Assembly: GCA_020891255.1 (NCBI GenBank)
Contig: BQFW01000007.1
Coordinates: forward strand, 1,426,001-1,490,000
Source of the DNA: Entomortierella parvispora E1425
Taxonomy: Eukaryota; Fungi; Mortierellomycota
DNA: 64,000 nucleotides
Direction of reading: 5' to 3'
Positions 30,601 through 40,845 of this stretch are shown one piece after another (position 1 is the stretch's first letter; each line of letters opens with the position of its first letter). Below the pieces are notes generated by a model, which was not told where the DNA came from, ran no database searches, and worked only from the letters and a program-made list of their open reading frames with translations. The position numbers and the translations under genes are program-made.

Positions 30601-32564
30601 TTACTCCCCGGGTATTGTTGTTACAACATTTGGTCTAGGATGGTTAGAAAGCTGAAGAGACTCTAGCCCTTGTGCAGCAAGGAATGGACTGGAACGATCA
30701 GATAAATCAACGGCATCAATATCGCTAGAGCTCCCCCCGAGACGGTTGCCCCTCATTCTCAGCACTTGTCCTGCGGAATGCGGGGAAGAAGACGGTGAGA
30801 GAATGTCCGGTTCTAGCAGTGCCAGATCCTTTTGTTGAGCGCGCTGGTAGTCATGAAAGTTCACCGCATCCGTGTCGTCTACCACTTTCGAATCCGGAAT
30901 ATCCCTGATGTCCACCCCTCTACGCGTCCATTTTCTCTCTTTTGCTTCCTGAATCCAAATCAAGTACAGCCCCAAAAATAAGGCGGCAAGAGTAACAAAG
31001 ACAGAGGCCACGCTCGACAGCGTCAGGGAGTTGGTCGTCAGCATCCGGTTTTGGTTCTCGCTTGAGAAAAATGGAATGCCATCCACCCACTGAGAGACCA
31101 CTTGACCAGAACCGATGTCAATGAAGTAGAGTAGACTTGGATCATTGCAACTATAGTGGTATATCAGCGTATACTGGTCAAGGAAGCGGAGAGTGGCTTG
31201 AGTATGTTGGAACTGACTTGGCATAGTCAAGTCCACTTTGGACAGGTCCTGCTGGATCGATACTTGGTGCGTCGTATTGGTCAATGTATTAAAAGTGGCC
31301 AAGGTCGCAGTACCAGAGTCCTCCTAGTGACCATTTATTTGTGACAGAAGAAAAAAAAAAGAAAAAAAAGTCAGTAATGCGATTGTCAATTGTAGTCGCA
31401 GTCAGCTCTTCTCTGTCTTCTGGTTCTCTTGCCACCCTTCCCTCCTTCCTCCTTCGTCCTTCCCTTCTCTTAGCGCTACTTACATTACAATAAACATAGA
31501 CGCTAGAGTTATCAACAGTCATTGCTGACCCCAGAGTACAGCTCATATTTGATAGAATATTCCAGGCTCCTATGGAGTTTTGTGCTGGCTGTTCAAAGGT
31601 GGTGTTATACCTCAGCGGTATCGAGTAGAGTACCTGCTGGTTCATGTTCGAATTGTACAAGCCGTAGAGTGTTTGGTTGTAAATGGCAAAGATTTCAAAA
31701 TAGACAGTGCTGTTCTCTCCCGGAAAAAAGCTCTGTAGCGGCGAGAATTTGATCGAGGGGTGGGTCATGAATAAAAAAAGGAAGAATGGGCGGATGGAAG
31801 GATGGATGAAAGAGGAATGTAGATAGACAGTTCCAACAGAGTTAGTCTAGTACCAAGACAGATAGAGAGTGATAGCAGCAGATACACCTCCTCCAAAGAC
31901 TTACAACGCGAGGGCCATCCGTTGCTTGGCTCGGGAGTGACCCATTGACGGTCTGGGCATACAAGAATGAGGGAGGTAGACTGTCTCCAGTATTCATTTG
32001 TGTAAAGTGGACCCATTCTTTGTTCGGTTGTGGAAGATTGACGATGGTGCTGTTGATGTTGGTGTCATTGATGCTGGGGCTCTCGACCAAATCCTGGACA
32101 GAGACCACGACGTAGGGATCAGAAATAGTTGACCACAATGTCCTGTTCTTCCGCTCGTCCAGGACCATCTGGATTGGCTGAAACCCGTCCTCGTTTTCGT
32201 TCTCGCCCAGGGGTACTTGGATGGAAAAGAGCTGTGCAACGGATTTATAAGCGTAATCCGTGGGGACAACATGAAGGATAAACGTTGCGTAGTCTGGTGA
32301 GATCGCACAGGCGTAGTTGTATCCATTATTGGGGAATATATTGACGGCCATCCTCTCGATTGCAGCCGCTGCAGACCAATCCACACTGTAGATTGAAGTA
32401 GGGTAGTTGGTATACCCTAGGTATTGACCTTGGAGCACAACAAAGAAATCTGGGTTGGGGTCCACCCCGATCTCGGCTTCCCAATAGGCAAAAGTAGCAA
32501 GGTAGATAGTGCCATTGGGTGCTGTTGTCATACACAGCGGTATAATGGGCATAGGATCCGCCAT
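30601..32564 (-). CDS. HPRPN family copy 3 (~543 aa)
   Basis: Exons 32564-31905 (660 nt), 31732-31484, 31323-30601, phase 0. N-terminus MADPMPIIPLCMTTAPNGTIYLATFAYW; TM; ends LQLSNHPRPNVVTTIPGE. Confidence 0.85.
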
Positions 32565-33365
32565 AGATAATATTATGTATTATTAATGAGAACTGAGGAG
32601 GGAAGAAGGAAACAGAAAAGGGAGCAAGGGAGTAAGGGACAAAAGATGGCGGATGTCTGAATGGAAGACAACATGATGTCCATGTGCGCCAATGGTGACA
32701 TGTTGATTTCGTGGAAAACAAGTTGCTTCCGGTGGGCTCACGGCCACAAGAGTGTCTCCGCCCACACTTCTGAAAAAGTATGAATGACTTCCGAATGAGA
32801 ACCCCACTTTGGCGTTGTTGCTGACATAGACTATCTTCCAAGTCCAACAGCAGCATCCTATGGAGAAACACAAAGACGACTTGTGAGTCGTTCCTTCATT
32901 GTCAAATCATCACCATCATGGCTCTCTGTCATTTTAAATCATGGAAATGCCAACAGCAATTGACGCGTCATTTCCAAGTTTCAAGATAAACCGGTTTAAG
33001 ATATACAAGCCTCGACGATCAAGGGAGGGGGTGATACCAATATCCACTCTGTAGGATCGTCCGCAATGGTTGTCACGACGTTCGGTCTAGGGTGACTTGA
33101 GAATTGGGGGAACTCTAACTCTCGTTCAAAAATGGAAAGGGCCTGAGCGATATGATAAATCCACAGCCGGACACTGGCGTTCTCAAACGTGTAGACCTAG
33201 AGTGACCATTGGTCCTACATGCGGTGAGGTGCAAAGAGGAATTGAGCCGCTACGGGGTCCAAATTGTGTCCTCTCTTTCATCTTTGCTATTACACCTTTA
33301 CACAAGTAGCGACATGTTGACACTTTGGCAGATGTTGTTTTTATTCCGGTAGATGCAGATGAGAG

Positions 33366-35309
33366 TTATTCCTCAAGATCATCTGCAATGGTTGTTACGA
33401 TATTTGGTCTCGGATGGCTAGAGAACTGGAGAGAAGCTAAGCTTTGGTCATAAAGGTAGGGACTCGAGACACCAGACCTATCCATAGTGTCGTCATCTCT
33501 CAGTCCACTTGCTCTCAGGAGGGATGTCCTAGAGCCCCAACTGGTCTGTTCTCCAGCAGTCAGCATCTGAGGCAATGATTGTGGTGATTGTGGTGAGGAG
33601 CGTGTGTTGGATTCAGACCCTGTAGAACGATGCTGCTGTGGTTGCTGACGTTCCATCTCCTCCTGGTGAGCGCGTTGATGAGCTTCGAAGGTCACCTCGT
33701 TCGTAGTATCTGCCAATTTGGATCCAGGTATATCATCAAAGTCGATCCAAAGGCGATACCTCCGTTTGTCTCTGACACCCTGACCCCAGATCACGAACAG
33801 GCCCATGATAAGGGCACCCAGGGTGATCAAGATGGACTCCCAAGTCGCCAGGGTGATGGATCTTGCTGTCATATTCCTGTTTGGATTACTGCCAGAGAAC
33901 GTAGGGATCTGGTCGATCATCAGGGATTTCAACTCTCCAGTGTGAGTGTCAATAGAGAAGAGAGATGTAGGCTGCAGCCAGCTGATATGGTAGATCAAGA
34001 GTCCGTCATTCACGATGTGGAGGGAGCTCGTATAATCTCCGCCAACCCTGTGAAGAGTCCAATCTACCTTGGATATATCCACCTTCACTGGGATCTTCGT
34101 GGTAATGTTGGTGGAGGTATCGATCCGAACAAGCGTTGTGTCATCATCATATTGTATCTACAAATCCAAAGAAAATCAAGCTGCTTGGTGAGCGTCCATC
34201 GCAGTGATAGACCTTTTCCAGTACAGCTCAGGAGTCTTACCCCAGTGGTGCAGAGAGCATACAAAACGGAATCTTTCACTGCGATTGATGCGTGGAATCC
34301 GCAGTAGGATTGGAGTTCAGAGGGAAGGGACCATGTCCGAGTGTTCTCTAAAGGCGCCTCCAACATCTGTGAAGATGAAGTGTTGTACCTCAATGTAGTC
34401 GAGGATATTGTGCTCTCGTTGTTGTGATACAAGCCGTACAGTGTGTTCCCTTGGAATGCAAAGGAGCTTAGGTGCAGATACCCCTCCGAAGGGTCCGGTC
34501 TCTATAGAGGCGAAAGAATGAAGGATCGAACAAATGCGTGAAGTGAGGAGATGGAGGGAATAGTTATGGATGGTTAGATTGTTGCCGAAGTAGGCACCTT
34601 GTCCAAGATCCATGTCATCTTTTGTCGATTCACAAATAGATATACCAGAAGATATCCATCCATTAGCTGACTTGGAAAGGACGCCTTGAGCGACTGAGAG
34701 TAGGAAAAAGAAATATCGCGGGCGAGGGTGGGTTGCGAGATATGAATCCAATCTCCATAGGGCTGATGACCCGGCTCTGATCCAACGTTGATGTGTGCAC
34801 TGGGGTCCGCCGCCACAGCCTGGACAGAGATCATGGTCCATGGCGGATGATAGACACTTTTCTCATTCATATCAATCGAGTTTCGAAAAAAGCCCTTTTG
34901 TAGATCGTCCAGTGCGAGTTGAATCTGTCTATAACCATTATCTGTGCCATTGACCTCGTCCAAAAGAACTTGAATGGAAAAAAGCTGAGGGACATCAATG
35001 TTTGAAGTAAACAAAGGTTTAACATGAACCATGAACTTCTTTTGGTCCGGGGTTACCGCGCAGTTGTAAATGTAGGTAGGCTTCATTGGGAGAGAGGTTG
35101 ACGTATCCTCGTTTGGCCAGACCCTTGGACTCCCACTTGAGATCCTGAAGCTGCCCGCCATTGGGAACCGAGCCTTTGACGACGACAAAGTAATCTGGAT
35201 CGGGACTGACCCCGATGTCGTTTTCCCAGTAAGCAAGTGCGGCAGCGTAGAGAGTACCATCATCGGCTGCAATCAAACACAGGGGTTCCAAAGGCTTCGG
35301 ATCTGACAT
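33366..35309 (-). pseudogene. HPRPN family copy 4, frameshifted by a 4-bp tandem duplication in exon 1
   Basis: Exons 35309-34646 (664 nt = 660+4), 34501-34241, 34157-33366. Minus-strand CTACCTAC at 35079-35072 shifts the frame to a stop at 35019; removing 4 nt restores NEAYIYNCAVTPD. Confidence 0.8.
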
Positions 35310-35819
35310 GAAAATACTGCAGGTGGTCCGTTTGAAGAGAGGAATGAGGAAATGAGGAGAGTGAATGAGGCGAATGAGAGAACGAAAGAAAAGAAAAAAA
35401 AAAAGAAAGATAGATTCTTCCAAAGACACCTTATCCAGGAAATCACTCATCTGGGCGGGGCTCTCAAAGCCGCTTTTGCCCCGGGTCGGTCTGAACTGGG
35501 TAGAGCGCACACAAGGTGGCCAATATGAGCATTGCACAGAGTTCTTCATTTGGAGCTGCTCGTTGCAGGGTGGAAGACAACAGCCCTCACTCGGGTCCTG
35601 CATGTCTTCCGCGTCGGGAAACCACAGCCCTGGTCCCTGGTTTGTAAACTGATCGCCCCTCGGTTCTGGATACCGTCATCGCTCCAGCACTCAAATATTG
35701 TGATTGTTGTTCTGACCCACCTTCCTAGCCATGGTCCCATCGATATCTTGAACTTTTCCGTGGCTTAGGACAGCAAGGTCATGTGACCCAATCGGAACCA
35801 AACCAACAACAGGTTACGG

Positions 35820-36630
35820 GAGGTATTCATTTTAGGTATCACCCCCCAGGTATCAGCCAGGTATCATGATACCTGTGACGTCATACCGTTGCATTGAAGT
35901 TTGCTGCCACGTGACACACGTGACTGATCCCGATATACTGTATCCCTTTCCTCCAAATACATCTGCATCTCGCCTCACATCTTCCACCTCCATTGCTGCC
36001 TCTCAAGAACCCCTATCCAATTCATTACCTTCTCGTTCTCGATCGTTATCGTTGTCTAGTACGGGCTCATGGTCTCCTCCACACAGTCCCGCTGAACCAA
36101 TTGGTCTTTATAACTCCCTGTCATCTGGATCGGACGATGAAGACTTCCGCGAAGAGGCTAATACTGTTACTCCAAGCACAAACAAGAGAGCGAGGAGAAC
36201 CATTCCTTTTGGCTTGACTGTGGATAATGTTGCAGCGTTTGGAAGATTACCGACGTGTGGCGCGTGCGAATCAGTACTTGAAAGGAATGAGCAGCGTTTT
36301 ATTTTGAAAGTCAAGACAAGCGAGGAGCGCGGCTTTAGTAGTGTAATCTCTTATCACTTCGCCGATGCCTGCATTCAAAAACTGGATGATCAATGGAGAG
36401 CTGAGGCACAGAACTACCTAGCAGCTTTAGAGTAGGAATTCGAACAATAAAAAAAAAAAAAAAAAAAAAACGCGAGCCACACGCGGACTGGACGCGGTGA
36501 AGCCTCGGACGCGGTGAGGCGGATAAAATGACTGGTCATGTGATGAATTCGTTCCATTCCACGGTATGACGTCACAGGTATCATGATACCTGGCTGATAC
36601 CTTGGGGATGATACCTAAATCTCAAGCCTC
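35820..36630. mobile_element. Non-autonomous Mutator-like (MULE) DNA transposon, 811 bp, carrying an ORF
   Basis: TIRs 35820-35889 and 36561-36630 match at 62/70 positions (57/59 in the inner part), with GAGG...CCTC termini. Flanks CAGGTTACGG (35810-35819) and CAAGTTACGG (36631-36640) form a 10-bp TSD with 1 mismatch. Confidence 0.82.
35866..36435 (+). CDS. 189-aa ORF inside the MULE with a C-terminal PARP-type zinc-finger-like motif
   Basis: CGAC-x29-HFADAC, a Ser-rich linker, acidic DDEDF and basic KRARR. The only ATG lies inside the left TIR; A22 at 36449-36470 follows the stop. Confidence 0.5.
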   Translation: MIPVTSYRCIEVCCHVTHVTDPDILYPFPPNTSASRLTSSTSIAASQEPLSNSLPSRSRSLSLSSTGSWSPPHSPAEPIGLYNSLSSGSDDEDFREEANTVTPSTNKRARRTIPFGLTVDNVAAFGRLPTCGACESVLERNEQRFILKVKTSEERGFSSVISYHFADACIQKLDDQWRAEAQNYLAALE

Positions 36631-36988
36631 CAAGTTACGGTGTGGGGCCGGCCATCAACAGTGCTGGCGCACTCACGTGATATACAGAAATCATTTAAGA
36701 GAAGAAGAGAGGCTGCAAAGCTTTCCTCTCTCTTTCCTCTCTCTTTCCTCTATCCCTTCACCTCCTTCACCTCCAACACAGCCCTTCACTCCCTCCCCTC
36801 TGATCAGCAAACTCCTGTAAGGATTGCAGATAACCGTTTGTCTTATCCTATCAAGATTAGTCAACAGAAGAAAAAATTTTCTGCTGTTGAATCGAACCTG
36901 ATCAGTGTTGACATTCGCGCGATCTGCAATCTCGAGATTCGGGAGATCTGACCCAGAGAGACTTCTTGATATCTCGCAAGCTACTATG

Positions 36989-37285
36989 GTAAGTTACTTG
37001 CTGTCTCGTCCATCAATGGATTGAATTGATCCCATCCTGTCGTCTGCTTTTTTCTTCCTCTCCTTGTTTGTTGGCTTTGTAAACATGATGATCACACGCT
37101 TCATGCTACTTTAAACCCAGCTCAATTCGAATCTATATAATGAGATTACGCGTCTTTACACTGAACCCCTTACATTTGCCAACAACAATGAGAGAGAAAG
37201 AAGAATGAGCCAGAGACAGCGCTGATTTGGTTTCATCTATCACTGAAGATTGTGTCTGACCCTTTTTTCTTTATTTTTTTCTCAG
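36989..37285 (+). other. Intron of a probable non-coding snoRNA host transcript
   Basis: GTAAGT donor at 36989, CTGAC branch site, long U-rich tract and CAG acceptor ending 37285. Flanking exons give no substantial ORF. Confidence 0.6.
37078..37174 (+). ncRNA. Box C/D snoRNA, snR71/U29-like, predicted guide for the LSU rRNA A equivalent to yeast Am2946
   Basis: C box ATGATGA 37085-37091; 13-nt antisense TAAACCCAGCTCA (37112-37124) to conserved LSU UGAGCUGGGUUUA; D' TCGA 37127-37130; C'-like ATGAGA; D box CTGA 37161-37164; terminal stem TGTAA/TTACA. Confidence 0.8.
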
Positions 37286-37705
37286 ATTTCTAGAAGGTAC
37301 ATCTGCCCACTGACATGTTTGAATGAAAAAAAACAAATAAATGAACCACACGTATACCCCAATTTTTTTTTTTCTTTGGCAGTTCTCTGCGATATGGCAA
37401 TGATTATATGAGGCATGAAATGTGCGATGCAGGGGGGATTAATTGATCAGACAGAGTGGCTTCGTGGAACATGGAGGACCCTGATCTACTCATGTTGCTG
37501 TGCTTTTCAAGTACAAGATCAATTGGCCGGACTACGAGAGCGAGAGATATTTAGCAATAGGTTTTATTCTTCTATCCGATCGCTCAACAGCGAGCGATCG
37601 TTTTGGTGTTGTGATATCATCGCTGCTTGTTCGCAAGTTTTGTAGAGGGGTGTGTTTGTTTCGATGTATGAGATGTTATTTTTGTTTGTTTTTTTTTCGT
37701 CCGCT

Positions 37706-38598
37706 TTAAGCACGAGCACCGCGCTTCTCGACCATAACTTCATCAGAAGCGTCAACGCCCAAAGCCTCCAAAAGACCATCATGGGGGTAGGTGCGGGGGG
37801 TGAAGTGAGCCTCGGGCTGGGTCTCGACCAACAAGTAGCCAATTCCAAGGAAAAAAGCAGCAGCGGTCAAAAGGCGCTTGACACCCAATGCGGCGGGGAA
37901 ATCCCAGACATCAGGGGACCAAATGTTCAACACCTCATCCTCCTCAGGGACCTAAAGTCATACAACGTCCGGTGAATGGATAGAAAATATTAGCAGCCGT
38001 TCAATTGCCATGCAGAATGTCCAAGAGTCGACCTGTTCCGAGTTCCTTGCTTCCAATAAAGTTGTAAATCGCCCTATACGCGAGATCTTTCTTGGTTTGA
38101 TGAACATAGGTTTGATCCGGACAAGAAGTCAAGCTCCATGCCACGAAGATATCTCTGTGGAGTAATTGCATATCGTTTCGAGATTACTATCTCTCTCATA
38201 ACGTCCCCAGAGTGCTTCCGAAGGTCGAGTCGCGTGGCGTGTCCATGATGCATCCCGATTTTTCCGTGTTGTGAAATAATCCGAACTCAAGAACTGATTG
38301 ATGGTCAGCAACAATTTACCGTCTCGCCAAAGTTACGGCGATCCTGTCTGTCCCAGTATCCAGCGGAGGCGGTGGCATCACGCCACTGCTGGTTGTACAT
38401 TGGCATGTTGGGGTAAGAGCCAATCTGGGTTTCGCCGGTGATCTTGTCTCCGGGCAAAAAGCCAGTGGCATCTCCGGGGATGGCCGGGTCGGCCTTGTTG
38501 TGAAGGGCACGGATGGCAGCAGAGGGAGTGGAGCGGCTGGCAACACGAGTGGCTGCCAAGGCGGCCGTTCTGGCGAGAGGCCGGGTAGCAGGGAGCAT
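37706..38598 (-). CDS. NDUFB8: NADH:ubiquinone oxidoreductase subunit NDUFB8 (ASHI)
   Basis: Presequence-like N-terminus, then GSYPNMP...QWRD...YWDRQDRRNFGET|VPEEDEVLNIWSPDV and a single TM. Exons 38598-38320, 37951-37706. Confidence 0.88.
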
Positions 38599-38925
38599 GA
38601 CTGATGGAGGATGGGGGAGTGGAGAGATGGATGGATGCAAGCGATTCAGGTGCCACATGCGATGTAAGAAGAGAGCTCCGAAGATGTGCACGAAATGCTC
38701 ACCGAATGAAAAAAATCGCAAGTGTTAACTTTGCCACCACTAAATTAAAAAAGTGGCTTTCAAAACACACAACGGACGCGACGCGCTGGCTGTTGGTGTT
38801 GTTGGCCACCAACTTGGCCCTGTCTCCTTTTCTTCTTTTTGCCCTTCCTCCATTCTTCTCTCCATCATCACACTTCTTCTCTTTTCATCCCAACCCTTTC
38901 CGCCCCATCACCTTCCATCCCCAGC

Positions 38926-40384
38926 ATGTCCAGTAAGTCGACTCGCTCGAATGTGCTCGGGTCAGCTTGACTCGCCACTTGCACTGAGCCTGAACCTGGA
39001 GTAATGACTCTCATTCCTTTGCATCATTCTCTTCATTACTCAATTAGACTTCAGACCTTACAGCAATGCCGGTCAAGGCACAGGTTACATGCAGGACAGC
39101 TTCGGTGCTGACTCTGCTGCCCCTATGAAGGTAAGAAAAATAGCCGGGAAGGAATAGAGGCTACGAGCACAGGCTCTGTTTCGCTGTTGTAGAAGTAGGG
39201 ACACTTTCTCACTCTTTTCCACCTTTACAAATAGAGAGCAAACAACCACAGTCTTCGCCCCGTCACGATCAAGCAACTCTTGAGTGTTGGTCAAACGCAA
39301 TCAGATGGAGACATGACCTTGGATGGACGTGATCTTGGTCAGGTACGAGTCCCGAAATGTTTAAACTGACGTCCTTTGCTTTCATCTATCATCGCTCACT
39401 ATTGAATGTTCTGTTCATCGGGTGTTTACTTGTGGTTACTCATTTACTCTTCTTTTATGGGATAGGTGGTTTTTATTGCCGTCGTCAGATTGATTAGTGC
39501 TCAGTCAACACACACCACATACACTGTCGAGGATGGCACTGGCCAAATTGAATTGAAAAAGTTTGCGAGCGATGACGAGGATGCTGTGGAGCAGAGCTCA
39601 ATCATGTGAGTTTGGAACTAGAGCGGGGACCAACCTGTCTATTGGATACGACCGGGATATCATTCAGTTGAGAGACCTGTAGATCTAACAAGCCACTTTT
39701 ATCGTCTTGCTTTCACCGATGCTTTATTTAGCCAGGGATCATATGTCAAGGTCGTTGGTAACCTGAAAGAGTTCCAGCAGCGCTTCAGCATCACTGTGCA
39801 CGTTATTCGCCCTATTCAGGATATGAACGAGCTCACTTACCACAACCTCGAGGTGATGCTTGTTCATGCTAGCTTGACAAGATCTAAGGTACGACTGATT
39901 GTTTGTTTTTTTTGTATAAAAAAAGGTCAAATTGTTGCGTAAAAGTTACTAAACATTTTCCACATTTATTAGATTGGCAGCGGAACTGGATCTAACGTAG
40001 GAGTCGGTGGACTTGTCGGAATGGCTGGAATGGTTGGAACTTCGGTCCCAGGAAACATGTATGGAAAGTCGATCGATGATCAGATCAGCGAGTACGTGGG
40101 CAACCACCCTGAAGGAAAGACGAATGGAGTGCACCGTCGCGACATCACCAGCAAGTTTGCTGCGCAAATGGGTGGCGCACCTGCAGTGGAGTATGTGTTG
40201 AAGAGAAACCCTGAGCAGGACAGGCAACAATGAGCCTCATAACTTCTTGGAGTATGTTCTAACAGACTCGTTCGTATGCTTTTTTTGTTTTCTCTACTTC
40301 ATTAGGACGAAGCTCAGGCAATTAATCGAGGATGGATTCATGTTCTCTGCTGGAGACGACGACCATTTGATGGTCGCCCAGTAA
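38926..40384 (+). CDS. RFA2: Replication protein A 32-kDa subunit
   Basis: Spliced OB fold SLRPVTIKQLL...YTVEDGTGQIE...YVKVVGNLKEF...IQDMNELTYHNLE; C-terminal winged helix LRQLIEDGFMFSAGDDDH. Seven exons. Confidence 0.92.
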
Positions 40385-40845
40385 AAGGCATCTGCTTTGA
40401 AGTTTGAACAGAGCATTTGCATTTGTTGTTTGATTGCCGAGGACCTCAGCTGAACAGAAAAATAAAATAACCGCCATTGTACTGTATTGAATATTTTTTT
40501 TTTCTTTTTCAAAAGAATGGTTTATTAAAGCTGCTAATAAAGTGAGGTGACATTACTATTTGATGATACTGATACAAGAATATTACAGAAAAAGAAAGGA
40601 TTTGCCACGTAAGAGTTGTTTGGTTATGGTACAGGAAGAAGGTATCCAAGACTGGGCGACCGGCGCCGACAGATCCAGAGCCCTTCAAAACAAGGGAAAA
40701 AAGAACAAAAAAGAAGAATATAGAAATCATACATGCGCGTCAAGCAACCGTTTCTCCTCTCAAACCAGTCCTTGAGTCTCCATAACCTCTGCTCAGGGCA
40801 AGAAGAAAAGGAAGGAAAGGTTAGGATCGATGGAGGGAGAGTTGT

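Noticed and set aside
36817-36956. Possible upstream intron of the snoRNA host holding a second snoRNA (GAATCGAAC-CTGA, GTGTTGA, CTGA)
   Set aside because: No C box, and only 9 nt of complementarity to 18S rRNA; too weak to call.
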